Source: Micropruina sp. (GTDB lineage: Bacteria > Actinomycetota > Actinomycetes > Propionibacteriales > Propionibacteriaceae). Taken from it: DNA of 64,000 nucleotides. The notes below the pieces were generated by a model. It was not told where the DNA came from. It was given only the letters and a program-made list of their open reading frames with translations, and did not search any database. Of the stretch, positions 41,460 to 52,278 are shown piece after piece. The DNA is taken from the NCBI GenBank assembly GCA_044224095.1, contig JBGALC010000007.1, positions 20,036 to 84,035 of the forward strand, given 5' to 3'. Made by a program: the position numbers and the translations under genes. Within the stretch, counting starts at the first letter, position 1; each line of letters begins with the position of its first letter.

Positions 41460-42386
41460 ATGCGGCTCGGGGTGGTCCGGCTGGCGGTGGTGCTGGCGCT
41501 GACCTGGGTGGTGCTGGTCGCCGGGGCGCTCGAGAGCGGGGCGTTCGGGTCGGTGCGCCCGGTGCCGGGCCCGGTCGTCCGCGGGTTCGATCCGCCGGCG
41601 AAGGACTGGCTGCCCGGCCACCGCGGGGTCGACCTGGCCGCACCGGTCGGCAGCAGTGTGCGCGCCGCGGCGTCCGGACGGGTCAGCGTCGCCCGGGTGA
41701 TCGCCGGACGCGGCGTGGTCACCATCGTGCACGGCGAGCTGCGGACCACCTATGAGCCGGTCCGGGCGAGGGTCCGGGTCGGCGACCAGGTGGACGCCGG
41801 CGACGTGATCGGCACCGTCGAGGCCGGCCATTGCGCGTCCGGCTGCCTGCACTTCGGGCTGAAGCGCGGCGACGAGTACCTCGACCCGCTCGGCGGCTCC
41901 GAGGTGCGGCTGCTGCCCGAGTCGGCGGTGGCCCGGGCCCGCACGCTCGCCGCCGAGCGGGCTGCCGCCCTGGCCGCCGACGGCGTGCAGCCGTCCGGGT
42001 CGGGGCTGATGCTGAATCCGGTCGGCGGCCGGATCTCCTCCCCGTTCGGGCGCCGCTTCCATCCGATCTTCCGTGAGTGGCGGCTGCATGCCGGAGTCGA
42101 TCTGCGGGCGTCCTGCGGCACTCCGATCCGGGCCGCCGCCGACGGGGTGGTCCGGTCGGTCTCCTACGACTCCTCGGGCGGTCACCGGCTGGTGCTCGCC
42201 CACGCAGGTGGGCTCACCACCCACTACCTGCATGCGCTGAAGCGGTACCAGGTGCGCAAGGGGCAGAAGGTGAGCCGGGGCCAGGTGGTCGGGCTGGTCG
42301 GCAGCACCGGCTGGTCGACCGGCTGCCACCTGCACCTGGGCACTAGGATCAACGGACGCCTCGTCGACCCGGCCCGACTGCTCTGA
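41460..42386 (+). CDS. Secreted M23 peptidase with two M23 domains
   Basis: GGAGG RBS, signal peptide; HRGVD...CLHFG and HAGVD...HLHLG. Confidence 0.88.
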   Translation: MRLGVVRLAVVLALTWVVLVAGALESGAFGSVRPVPGPVVRGFDPPAKDWLPGHRGVDLAAPVGSSVRAAASGRVSVARVIAGRGVVTIVHGELRTTYEPVRARVRVGDQVDAGDVIGTVEAGHCASGCLHFGLKRGDEYLDPLGGSEVRLLPESAVARARTLAAERAAALAADGVQPSGSGLMLNPVGGRISSPFGRRFHPIFREWRLHAGVDLRASCGTPIRAAADGVVRSVSYDSSGGHRLVLAHAGGLTTHYLHALKRYQVRKGQKVSRGQVVGLVGSTGWSTGCHLHLGTRINGRLVDPARLL

Positions 42387-42449
42387 CCCGAACTGTCGGT
42401 CGCGGCGTTCAGACTGGGAGCGACAGCCGACCCGCAGTGAGGTGGAGAC

Positions 42450-43042
42450 ATGTACGAACCGCAGCGCCACGACGAGGCCACCAGCCTGGCCAACTACGTC
42501 GATCAGCAGCTCAGCGCGATCCGGGCGGCCGTCCACGGCCTCACCGAGCAGCAGGCCAGGCAGGCCCCGTGCCGCAGCACCCTGTCCGTGGGCGGCCTGA
42601 TCAAGCATGTGACCCAGGGCATGCAGGCGCGATCCGGAATCTGACCGAGGGGCCGGCCACCGAGCCGCTCACGCAGAGCGATTTCGCCCGCTACCAGTCC
42701 GGCTTCGTGGTCGGCGACGACGAGACCGTGGCCGAGGTGCTGGCCGCCTTCGACACCGCACGGGAGGGGTACCTCGCCGCGATCTCCGGCAGCGACCCCG
42801 GTGCCGAGTCGGTGGCGCCGCCGGCGCCCTGGCAGGGCATTCACGACGCCCGGCCGATCCTCACCCGGTACTACCTGCTGCACCAGGTCGAGGAGATGGC
42901 CCGGCACGCCGGCCACGCCGACATCATCCGCGAGCAGATCGACGGCATGGCGGTGCCTGCGCTCGTCATGACGCTCGAAGGGGTGCCGGCCAACCCGTTC
43001 TTCCAGCCCTACCTGGCCGCTCCCGGCACGATCGGGGCGTGA
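42450..43042 (+). pseudogene. DinB/DUF664 family protein, frameshifted near 42626
   Basis: N-part ends GGLIKHVTQGMQ; C-part (GAIRNL...LLHQVEEMARHAGHADIIREQIDG) is in another frame. Confidence 0.8.
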
Positions 43043-43116
43043 GCCCGGGTAGCACCAGCGTCCGGCAGCTGCGCACGCGGGTCGGCCTGTCCAGGTCGAG
43101 CGCCAGGACTCGGCGG

Positions 43117-44031
43117 CTACGCCCGCGGGTGGGCCTGGGCGTAGGCGGCCCGCAACCGCTCCGCCGTCACGTGGGTGTAGATCTGCGTGGTCGCCAGCGA
43201 GGCGTGGCCGAGGATCTCCTGCACGCTGCGCAGGTCGGCGCCGCCTTCCAGCAGGTGCGTCGCCATCGCGTGCCGCAGCCCGTGCGGGCCGAGGTCGGGG
43301 GCGTCCGGCAACTGCGCCAGCGCCCGGTGCACCAGCCGTCGCACCACCCGCGGGTCGATCCGGGCACCCCGGTCGCCGACGAACAGCGCGTCGCCGGCCC
43401 GGGCACCCGCGACCAGCCCACGCACCCGCCGCCAGGCGTCCAGGGCGCGGGCGGCCGGATCGCCGATCGGCACCGTGCGCTCCTTGTCGCCCTTGCCGCG
43501 CACCCTCAGCACCTGCCGGTCGGTGTCGACCGAGGCGGCGTCCAGTCCGCACAGCTCCCCCACCCGGATGCCGCTGGCGTAGAGCACCTCGACCATCGCC
43601 ACGTCGCGCAATGCGCGGGCCCGCGCGACGGCGTCCTCCAGCGCGGCCGCATGGGCGGCCAGGCCCTCCAGCAGCCGGCGGGCCTGATCCGCCTCCAGGG
43701 TGGGCGGCAGCCGCCGGTCGACCCGGGGCGACCGCAGCCCGGTGGCGGGGTCGGCGGCGATCCGTCCGGTGCCGTGTGCCCAGGCGAAGAAGACCCGCGC
43801 GGCGGCCGCGCGGCGCTGCATGGTGGCCCGCTCGGCGCCCGCCGCATGCATGCCGGCCAGCCAGCGGCGCAGGGTGCGGAGGTCGACCTCGGCCAGGTCA
43901 CCCGAGCCGGTGCGCTCCAGGTAGTCGGCCAGGTGGGCCAGGTCGCCGGCGTAGGCGCGCACGGTGTTCGGCGACATGTTGCGCTCGGCGTTCAGGTGCC
44001 GCACCCACGCCTCGACCAGGTCCGCAGCCAT
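43117..44031 (-). CDS. xerC: Tyrosine recombinase XerC
   Basis: NTVRAY, LYASGIRVGEL, GKGDKER, HGLRH, LGH, TQIY; usual location near rpsB/M23. Confidence 0.9.
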   Translation of the reverse strand: MAADLVEAWVRHLNAERNMSPNTVRAYAGDLAHLADYLERTGSGDLAEVDLRTLRRWLAGMHAAGAERATMQRRAAAARVFFAWAHGTGRIAADPATGLRSPRVDRRLPPTLEADQARRLLEGLAAHAAALEDAVARARALRDVAMVEVLYASGIRVGELCGLDAASVDTDRQVLRVRGKGDKERTVPIGDPAARALDAWRRVRGLVAGARAGDALFVGDRGARIDPRVVRRLVHRALAQLPDAPDLGPHGLRHAMATHLLEGGADLRSVQEILGHASLATTQIYTHVTAERLRAAYAQAHPRA

Positions 44032-44109
44032 GGGGCGAGCCTACGGCGACCGCCCCGTCCGGGAGGCCGCGGCGCGTCTAGTACCGTGTCGGCCGAGAGA
44101 AGGGCGGCT

Positions 44110-44694
44110 ATGAGCGACGATCTGACCACCGGTGGCACGGTGCTGCCGATCACCCGATGGGGCACCCCGGTGATGCACAACCAGACCCGGCCGGTGGAGA
44201 CGTTCGACGGCGACCTGCACGACCTGGTCCGGAACATGTTCGCCACCATGCGTGCCGCCCAGGGCGTCGGCCTGGCCGCCACCCAGGTCGGCGTCGACCT
44301 GGCGGTCTTCGTCTTCGAATGCCCGGACGCCGACGACGCGATCCACCGCGGCGTGGTCTGCAACCCGGTGGTCACCGTTCCCGACAGCCGCGAGCGGAAC
44401 CTGGATTCGGCCGAGGAGGGCTGCCTGTCGTTCCCCGGCGGCTACCAGGTGCTGGCCCGGCCGGACACCGCCGTCTGCACCGGTCAGGACGCCGACGGCG
44501 ACCCGGTGCGGGTCGAGGGCACCGGCCTGCTGGCCCGCTGCCTGCAGCACGAGACCGACCATCTCAACGGCACCGTCTTCGGCGACCGGCTGTCCACCCG
44601 GTCCCGCCGGCTGCTCAGCAAGCAGCATGAGGAGCTCGCCCACCTGTACCCCGACGACTGGCCGGTCACGCCGCGCCGGACCTCGGCCGACTGA
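44110..44694 (+). CDS. def: Peptide deformylase
   Basis: GVGLAATQ, EGCLS, QHETDHLNG. Confidence 0.95.
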   Translation: MSDDLTTGGTVLPITRWGTPVMHNQTRPVETFDGDLHDLVRNMFATMRAAQGVGLAATQVGVDLAVFVFECPDADDAIHRGVVCNPVVTVPDSRERNLDSAEEGCLSFPGGYQVLARPDTAVCTGQDADGDPVRVEGTGLLARCLQHETDHLNGTVFGDRLSTRSRRLLSKQHEELAHLYPDDWPVTPRRTSAD

Positions 44695-44777
44695 CCGGTC
44701 GCCGTCCGGTTGAGATGCCCGCCCGAGCCTGGTTGGGTGGATGGCACGAACCGGCTCAGGCCACGAAAGGACAGCCG

Positions 44778-45263
44778 ATGACCATGTTCAACTGGGGTCC
44801 CACCCAGCCGCCTAACCAGCCGCAGGGTTCGCAGCCGTTCAACCGCGAGCGCTGGGACGCCGTGCTGACCAGCCTGGAGGTCAAGTTCGCCATCGACGAC
44901 GACGGCGACCGGTTCGCCGACTGGGAGACGATGCGGCTCTGGTTCCTGGTCGAGGGCAACAACAACGACCTGATGGCGATGCGGTCGATGTGGGACGTCC
45001 GTCCGCCGGTGGCCTCCTACGACTACGTGCTGGAGGCGGTCAACAGCTGGAACCGCGACCACTTCTGGCCGAAGGCCAGCGTGGTCCGCGGCGAGGAGCA
45101 CCTCGGCGTCTTCGGCGACCTGGTGATCGACATCGAGACCGGCGTGACCGACGACTTCCTGCGCCAGCAGGTGCGCTGCATGGTCGGCACCTCCGGCCAG
45201 CTCTACGAGTACCTGGCCGAGCAGTTCCCGGAATCCAAGGACTGGTTCAACGCCGGGGAGTGA
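44778..45263 (+). CDS. YbjN-domain protein
   Basis: AAAGGA RBS; NSWNRDHFWPKA motif. Confidence 0.75.
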   Translation: MTMFNWGPTQPPNQPQGSQPFNRERWDAVLTSLEVKFAIDDDGDRFADWETMRLWFLVEGNNNDLMAMRSMWDVRPPVASYDYVLEAVNSWNRDHFWPKASVVRGEEHLGVFGDLVIDIETGVTDDFLRQQVRCMVGTSGQLYEYLAEQFPESKDWFNAGE

Positions 45264-45282
45264 TCCCCCGCCGGACGGGCGC

Positions 45283-46704
45283 TCAGATCGGGAAGGACGC
45301 CGCGTTCAGCGGATCGGCGCCGGTCAGCGGCACCATCCGCCAGTCCAGCCGGACACTGCCGGCAGCCGGATCGAGCTGCAGCAGGATGGTGTGCGGGGTC
45401 TCCACCAGTCGCAGCTGGGCCTCGAAGACCCCCCGCCGCCAGCCGCCGCTGGCGACCACCGGCAACTCCGGGCCGGCCGGGGTGGCCCAGCGCGACTCCA
45501 GCCATTGGCCGTCGCCGACCACGGTGACCAGGGACCCGGCCGGGTGCTCGATCGTCAGCAGGTGGTGCCCGCCGGCGGTGGTCTCCAGGCTCGCCGCACG
45601 GTAGTCGGCCGGCAACCCGGACGCCGGCTCGCGGAGGGCCCGCACCGGCGGCCGGCGTTCAGACCCCGACAAGGGACGATGCTCCAGTTCTGCGAGCCGC
45701 CGCGCCAGCTGCTCGTCGGCGTGCGGGTCGGGTGCGCCGTCCACCGCAGGCAGCAGATGCTGCCACAGCCGGTCGAGCACCACCTGCATGGCCTCGACCT
45801 CGGAGGTGATGGCGACCACCACGTCCTGTTCCGGCAGCACCACGGCGAACTGCCCGAAGGCGCCGTCGCCGCGATAGCCGTGGCTCGCGCCCCAGAACGA
45901 GCAGCCGTAGCCGTGGGCCCAGTCGCCCACCTCGTCCGTCGCCAGCGAGGCCGGCGTCGGGTCCGGCGCCAGTGCGGCGTAGGCCTCGGGCACGATCCGG
46001 GCACCCTGCCAGACGCCGCCGTCCAGCCAGGTCTGGGCCAGCGCCAGGATCGCCGGCGTGGTCAGATGCAGGCCGCTGAACCCCAGGTCCCGGCCCTGCG
46101 GGGTGCGTTGCGCCTTGCCGGCGCCACCGCCGAACGGGTCCAGCAGCAGCCGCCGGACGTGCCTCGTCAGCGGTTCGCCGGTGACGGCGGCGACGGCCTG
46201 GGCGACCAGGTAGGTGGCCACCTGGTTGTAGGCCCAGACCCGGCCGGGTTCGCCGTCCGGCTCGCGCGCCAGGATGAGCGCCAGCAGCGGATCGGAGTCC
46301 GTGTCGCGGACGGCCGTCGGCGCGGCGTCGCCGCGCCACTCCCACGCGTCCGCGGTGTGCCCGGCCGTCATCGTGATGCAGTCCCGGACGGTCACCCGGC
46401 GCCACTTCGGCGACACCCCGGCCAGGTCGGTCAGGTAGCCGAGCACCGGGGCGTCCAGCTCGATCAGGCCGTGGCCGACCAGCCCGCCCAGCACGGTGGC
46501 GGTGACGCTCTTGCTCAGCGAGTAGCCGAGGTGCGCCCGGTCACGGGCGTACGGCGCCCACCAGCCCTGCGCGATGACCCGTCCGTGCCGCGCCACCATC
46601 AGCGAGTGGAAGCCATGACCGGGGGCTTCGAAGGCGTCGAGCAGGGCCAGCAGGCCCGCTCCGTCCACGCCCTCCGCGGCCGGCGTGCTGGGTGGCATCG
46701 TCAT
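45283..46704 (-). CDS. Serine hydrolase (beta-lactamase-like fold)
   Basis: SLSK, YNQ, GDGAFGQ motifs. Confidence 0.88.
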   Translation of the reverse strand: MTMPPSTPAAEGVDGAGLLALLDAFEAPGHGFHSLMVARHGRVIAQGWWAPYARDRAHLGYSLSKSVTATVLGGLVGHGLIELDAPVLGYLTDLAGVSPKWRRVTVRDCITMTAGHTADAWEWRGDAAPTAVRDTDSDPLLALILAREPDGEPGRVWAYNQVATYLVAQAVAAVTGEPLTRHVRRLLLDPFGGGAGKAQRTPQGRDLGFSGLHLTTPAILALAQTWLDGGVWQGARIVPEAYAALAPDPTPASLATDEVGDWAHGYGCSFWGASHGYRGDGAFGQFAVVLPEQDVVVAITSEVEAMQVVLDRLWQHLLPAVDGAPDPHADEQLARRLAELEHRPLSGSERRPPVRALREPASGLPADYRAASLETTAGGHHLLTIEHPAGSLVTVVGDGQWLESRWATPAGPELPVVASGGWRRGVFEAQLRLVETPHTILLQLDPAAGSVRLDWRMVPLTGADPLNAASFPI

Positions 46705-46713
46705 GTGGCCAAC

Positions 46714-46818
46714 CTAGTGCCGCGCCCACCGGCCTTCGCCCGCTGCGCGACGCCCGGACCGGCGCCCCGCGACGTCCGCTCGGTGGCCATCCGACCCGGT
46801 CGGTGGACACGACGCTAG
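46714..46818. mobile_element. MITE/REP-like element with imperfect terminal inverted repeats, CTAG at both ends
   Basis: Left CTAGTGCCGCGCCCACCGGCC; right end (rc) CTAGCGTCGTGTCCACCGACC; left 39 bp match rc of 54974-55012 with 2 mismatches. Confidence 0.6.
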
Positions 46819-47705
46819 CGGCCCGCCCCGTCCAGCCAGCCGGCGAGCTCGGCGTGCCCGAAGTACCGGGCCCACCCGGCCGGGGTGAGCCCGAACCGGT
46901 CGTCGACGGCCGCGACGTCGGCGCCGTGCGCGACCAGCTTCTCCGCGGTCGCGCGCTCGCCTGCCGCGGCGGCATAGTGCAGGGCTCCGTCGCTCGGTGC
47001 TCCGCCCTCGACCAGCGCGTCGACCACCGCCCAATGCCGCAGGCCGGCTGCTTCGGCGGCCAGGCTCGGACGCGCCGCGGCCGGATTGTCCGCCCGCACC
47101 GCGTCCGCGTCGCCGCGCAGCGCCGCCGCGACCAGCGGATCGCGACCGTCCTGCTCGGCGCGGAACAGGTCGCGCAACAGGCAGAGCTCGGCGCCGTGCG
47201 CCATCACCTCGCGGTTGATGTGCAGCACCAGCTGGGCCAGCGAATCGTCCGCGTACGCCGCACCGCGCGGCCCGAGCGTCCGCAGCATCGCTTCGTCGTC
47301 GCGGGCGGCGAGCCCGTCGTGCCAGAGCCGGTAGGCCAGGTCGAGGTCGGCCAGGGCGTCGGCGGCGGTGGCCGGGACCGGCTCGGGCCAGTGCCGGTCG
47401 TCGTACATGTCGATGTCGTCGGCCTCGCCGGCCGGAGAGCCGCCGAAGATCGCCCGCGCCCGTTTGCCCATCACCTCGCGGGTGACGTGGTCCAGCCGCC
47501 AGGCGATCGTCGTCACCGGCGGGATCGGCGGCTCGGGGACCAGGAAGTCCGGTCGCAGCCGGCCCGCGGCGTCCGGGCGGACGCTCCACATGCCCGCGAC
47601 CGGTTCCCACAGGTACTCCTCATCGGTGAGCCCGGCCAGCCGCGGCCGCAGGTGCACGGTCCAGTAGAAGTCGAGCTGGTCGGCCAGGTCTGCGCTCCAC
47701 GTCAT
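46815..47705 (-). CDS. DinB-family protein with C-terminal ankyrin repeats
   Basis: GLTDEEYLWEP, TIAWRLDH, LHINREVMAHGAE; ALHYAA...KLVAHGADV...GLTPAGWA. Confidence 0.82.
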   Translation of the reverse strand: MTWSADLADQLDFYWTVHLRPRLAGLTDEEYLWEPVAGMWSVRPDAAGRLRPDFLVPEPPIPPVTTIAWRLDHVTREVMGKRARAIFGGSPAGEADDIDMYDDRHWPEPVPATAADALADLDLAYRLWHDGLAARDDEAMLRTLGPRGAAYADDSLAQLVLHINREVMAHGAELCLLRDLFRAEQDGRDPLVAAALRGDADAVRADNPAAARPSLAAEAAGLRHWAVVDALVEGGAPSDGALHYAAAAGERATAEKLVAHGADVAAVDDRFGLTPAGWARYFGHAELAGWLDGAGR

Positions 47706-47765
47706 GTGGCGACGGTAGTCGCGGTTCCGGACGCTTTCCGGCAGCCGCCGGTGCGCGCTGCCCGG

Positions 47766-48563
47766 TCAGCGCAGCACGTAGCCGGCGATGGCGCTGGCCG
47801 CGGCCACGTTGAGCGAGTCGATCCCGGCGCGCATCGGGATGCGGGCAACCACGTCCGCCTGCTCGATCCAGCGTCGCGACAGGCCGGCGCCCTCGGTGCC
47901 GAGCAGCACCGCCACCCGGGCGTCCGGGCCCAGCGCGGCCGCCGCCGCGTCCAGTTCGACGGCACCGTCGCCGAGCGCCAGCGCGATCACGGTGAACCCG
48001 GACGCCCGCAGCGCGGGCAGCGCACTCCCCCAGTCCTCGGCGCGGGCCCAGGGCAGCGAGAACACCGCGCCCATCGAGGTCTTCACCGCCCGCCGGTAGA
48101 GCGGGTCGGCGCAGCGCGGCGAGAGCAGGACGCCGTCCCAGCCCAGCCCGGCGGCGTTGCGCAGGATCGCGCCCACGTTGGTGTGGTCGACGATGTCCTC
48201 GCAGACCATCAACCGGCGGGCGGTGAGCAGGTCGGCCATGGTGTGCCTGGTCTCGCGATGCAGCGACGCCAGCGCGCCGCGATGGACGTGGAAGCCGCTC
48301 ACCCGCTCGGCGGTCTGCTCGCTGACCCGGTAGACCGGGGCGTCGCCGACGACGTCCCGCAGCGATTCCAGCCAGCGGGCGGCCAGCATGAACGACCGCG
48401 GCCGGTACCCGGCCTCGACGGCCCGCCGGATCACCTTCTCCCCCTCGGCGATGAACAGGCCCTGCTCACTCTCCAGATGGCGGCGCAGGGACGCGTCCCG
48501 CAGCGCCACGTAGTCGGCCAGCCGGGGATCGGTCGGGTCAGCGACGTCGATCGGTTCGGGCAC
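47766..48563 (-). CDS. TrmH/SpoU family RNA methyltransferase
   Basis: FIAEG, NVGAILR, LGTEGAGL, IPM..GIDSLNVA. Confidence 0.92.
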   Translation of the reverse strand: MPEPIDVADPTDPRLADYVALRDASLRRHLESEQGLFIAEGEKVIRRAVEAGYRPRSFMLAARWLESLRDVVGDAPVYRVSEQTAERVSGFHVHRGALASLHRETRHTMADLLTARRLMVCEDIVDHTNVGAILRNAAGLGWDGVLLSPRCADPLYRRAVKTSMGAVFSLPWARAEDWGSALPALRASGFTVIALALGDGAVELDAAAAALGPDARVAVLLGTEGAGLSRRWIEQADVVARIPMRAGIDSLNVAAASAIAGYVLR

Positions 48564-48807
48564 CGTCACAGTCTGGCGCACCCCGCCCTTCGAGCGCCCG
48601 GCACCGCGGGCGCCAGGGTCGAACCGACTTCTGGTGGGTTTCGCTACAGGCTCATGTGTCGGTCACACCTCGAACCTCCTTCTGGTTGATATCGGTAACC
48701 CCCCGGGGGTACCCATATCAACCACGGACCGGTTCGACTGCCGACCCAGCTTCAACGACCCTGTCAAAAGCACAACGAACCGGTTTGGGCTCACTAGGGT
48801 GTTCGTC

Positions 48808-49767
48808 ATGGGCTGGCTGAAACGACTCGACCGTTTCCTGCTGGCCATCGTCGGCGCCGCGCTGGTGGCGAGCCTGCTGCCCGCCCAGGGCGCGGCCATC
48901 ACCGTGCTCGACTGGCTGACCAAGGTCGCGGTCGCGGTGCTGTTCTTCGTCTACGGCTTCCGGCTCAAGCCCGAGCAGGCGCTGGCCGGGGTGAAGCACT
49001 GGCGGCTGCACCTGACCATCCTGTCGCTGACCTACCTGGCGTTCCCGCTGCTCGGCTGGTCGCTGCAGGTGCTGTCGCCGTGGCTGCTCAGCCCCGCGCT
49101 GTACGCCGGGGTGCTGTACCTGACCCTGGTTCCGTCGACGGTGCAGAGCTCGATCAACTTCACCTCGCTGGCGAAGGGCAACGTCGCCGGCGCGATCGTC
49201 AGCGCCTCGGCGTCCAATCTGCTCGGCGTGTTCCTCACCCCGCTGCTGTGCTGGGCACTGATGAGCATCTCGGGCACGGTCAGCTTCGACCCGTCGGCGA
49301 TCCTCGACATCGTCGTCCAGCTGCTGGTGCCGTTCCTGCTCGGCCAGTTCTCCCGGCGCTGGACGGCCGACCGGGTGGCCGCCCACCCGCGGCTGAAGCT
49401 GTTCGACAACGGCGTGATCGTGCTGGTGGTGTATTCGGCGTTCTCGGCCGGCATCCGCGAGCACATGTGGCAACAGGTGGAGCCGCTGGCGCTGGTCGCC
49501 CTGCTGGGAGTCTGCCTGGTCATCCTCGCGGTGATGCTGGGCCTCAGCCACTGGCTGGCCCGGCGGCTCGGCTTCAGCCGCGAGGACGTCATCGCCATCC
49601 AGTTCTGCGGAACCAAGAAGTCGCTGGCCACCGGCCTGCCGATGGCGAACGTGCTGTTCGCCGGTTCACCGGTCGGGCTGCTGGTGTTGCCGCTGATGCT
49701 CTTCCACCAGGCGCAGCTGATGGCCTGCGGCTCGCTGGCCACCCGCTACGCCAAGCAGCTGGACTGA
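48808..49767 (+). CDS. Bile acid:sodium symporter family (YfeH-like)
   Basis: PSTVQSS, SASNLLGVFLTP, FCGTKKSLATG. Confidence 0.9.
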   Translation: MGWLKRLDRFLLAIVGAALVASLLPAQGAAITVLDWLTKVAVAVLFFVYGFRLKPEQALAGVKHWRLHLTILSLTYLAFPLLGWSLQVLSPWLLSPALYAGVLYLTLVPSTVQSSINFTSLAKGNVAGAIVSASASNLLGVFLTPLLCWALMSISGTVSFDPSAILDIVVQLLVPFLLGQFSRRWTADRVAAHPRLKLFDNGVIVLVVYSAFSAGIREHMWQQVEPLALVALLGVCLVILAVMLGLSHWLARRLGFSREDVIAIQFCGTKKSLATGLPMANVLFAGSPVGLLVLPLMLFHQAQLMACGSLATRYAKQLD

Positions 49768-49778
49768 CGCCGCCCCGG

Positions 49779-50966
49779 CTACTGTTCCGGCTCGGCCAAC
49801 GGCTGGGGTTCCGGCTGCGGCTCGGGTTCCGGCTGCGCCGCGGCCTCCGCCGGCTCCGTCCGGACCGGGGCGTCCAGTTCGGCGGGGCCGTTGATGCTGG
49901 CCCGCCGCGCCGACCGGTTCTGCTCCATCTGCTGCGCCTCGGCGATCGCCTGCTCGACGGCCCGCCCGGCCTCGTTCTCGGCCTCGGCCTTCTGCCGGGC
50001 GATCTCGGCGAACACGTCCACCTTCTTCGGCGCCTCGAAGTCGCCGCCGGCGGACTCGCCGTAGCCGGCCAGCAGGTCGCCGGCGGCGCGTCCGAGGCCC
50101 TTCAGCGCATCGTTGAGCTCCGACGGCACGATCCAGACCTTGTTGGCGTCGCCCCTGGCCAGGTTGGGCAGCATCTGCAGGTACTGGTAGGCCAGCAGCG
50201 ACTGGTCCGGCTTGCCGGCATGGATCGCGTTGAACACCGTGGTGATCGCCTGCGCCTCGCCCTCCGAGCGCAGCATCTGTGCCTGCCGGTCGGCCTGGGC
50301 GCGCAGCACGGCGGACTCGCGTTCGCCCTGGGCCCGCAGGATGGACGCCTCACGGTCGCCGGACGCCGACAGGATCTGCGACTGCCGCTGGCCCTCGGCC
50401 AGCAGGATCGCGGCCCGCTTGTCGCGCTCCGCCCGGGCGCCCTTCTCCATCGCGTCGCGGATGGTGGCCGGCGGCTCGATCGAACGCAGCTCGACCCGGT
50501 TGACCTTGATCCCCCACTTGCCGGTGGCCTCGTCGAGGACGGCCCGCAGCTTGGCGTTGATCTCCTCGCGCGAGGTCAGCGTCTGCTCCAGGTCGAGGCC
50601 GCCGATGATGTTGCGCAGCGTCGTCATGGTCAGCTGCTCGATGGCCTGGATGTAGTTCTGCGCCTCGTAGGCGGCCCGGACCGGGTCGACCACCTGGAAG
50701 TAGATCACCGAGTCGATGCTCACCATCAGGTTGTCCTCGGTGATCACGCCCTGCGGCGGGAACGGGACGACGGCCTCGCGCATATCCATCGTGTAGCGCA
50801 CGTTGTCGATCAGCGGCACCAGCAGGTGCGGGCCGGGGTCGAGGGTGCGGCGGAACTTGCCGAGCCGTTCGACGATGCCGACCTGCTGTTGCCGGATCAC
50901 CTTCAACGCCTGGGTCAGCAGCGCGACCGCCAGCACCACGATGACGATGGGGACGATGAATTCCAT
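49779..50966 (-). CDS. SPFH/band-7 protein (QmcA-like)
   Basis: IVERLGKF, ITEDN, TLRNIIG, WGIKVNRVE. Confidence 0.93.
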   Translation of the reverse strand: MEFIVPIVIVVLAVALLTQALKVIRQQQVGIVERLGKFRRTLDPGPHLLVPLIDNVRYTMDMREAVVPFPPQGVITEDNLMVSIDSVIYFQVVDPVRAAYEAQNYIQAIEQLTMTTLRNIIGGLDLEQTLTSREEINAKLRAVLDEATGKWGIKVNRVELRSIEPPATIRDAMEKGARAERDKRAAILLAEGQRQSQILSASGDREASILRAQGERESAVLRAQADRQAQMLRSEGEAQAITTVFNAIHAGKPDQSLLAYQYLQMLPNLARGDANKVWIVPSELNDALKGLGRAAGDLLAGYGESAGGDFEAPKKVDVFAEIARQKAEAENEAGRAVEQAIAEAQQMEQNRSARRASINGPAELDAPVRTEPAEAAAQPEPEPQPEPQPLAEPEQ

Positions 50967-50971
50967 GCCTG

Positions 50972-51424
50972 TCACGGCTCCTTGGGGTAGACAACGACGG
51001 TGATCCCGTCGACCTCGAAGATCTCGACCGGTGCGCCCGCCTCGATGTCGACATCGCCGAAACTGCGGGCCTGCCACACCTCGCCGTTCACCTTCACCTC
51101 GCCGGAGCGGCCGGTGATCGCGGTCATCGCCTGCCCGGTGCTGCCGACCATGCGCTGCAGCGACGAGCGGTAGCCCGGCGCCGAGCGCACCTTCTCAAGC
51201 AGGGTGGGCCGCAGCAGGAACAGCATCGCGAAGGCGACAGCCACCGCGACCAGCACCTGAACCAGGATCATCCCGGGGAAGAGCAGCGCGATGCCCGCGC
51301 CGGCCAGGGCGCCGGCGGCGAGCATCAGCAGGGTGAAGTCGAGGGTGAGCGACTCGGTGAGCGCCAACAGGGTCGCGGCGACCAGCCAGACCGCCCACCA
51401 ATTGCTGCTCAGCCACTCCCACAT
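50972..51424 (-). CDS. NfeD family protein
   Basis: TM helices + GEVKVNGEVWQA OB-fold; adjacent to the SPFH gene. Confidence 0.9.
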   Translation of the reverse strand: MWEWLSSNWWAVWLVAATLLALTESLTLDFTLLMLAAGALAGAGIALLFPGMILVQVLVAVAVAFAMLFLLRPTLLEKVRSAPGYRSSLQRMVGSTGQAMTAITGRSGEVKVNGEVWQARSFGDVDIEAGAPVEIFEVDGITVVVYPKEP

Positions 51425-51431
51425 GCAGCCA

Positions 51432-52217
<786 letters not shown>

Positions 52218-52278
52218 GCGGGCCAACCTACCGGCTGCGACCGGCGCCGCGGGATCGGCGCGCGGCCTCCCGCGGGCC

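Noticed and set aside
43117-44031. Prophage or island integrase
   Set aside because: Size, motifs and position near rpsB fit chromosomal XerC; no att sites or phage genes nearby
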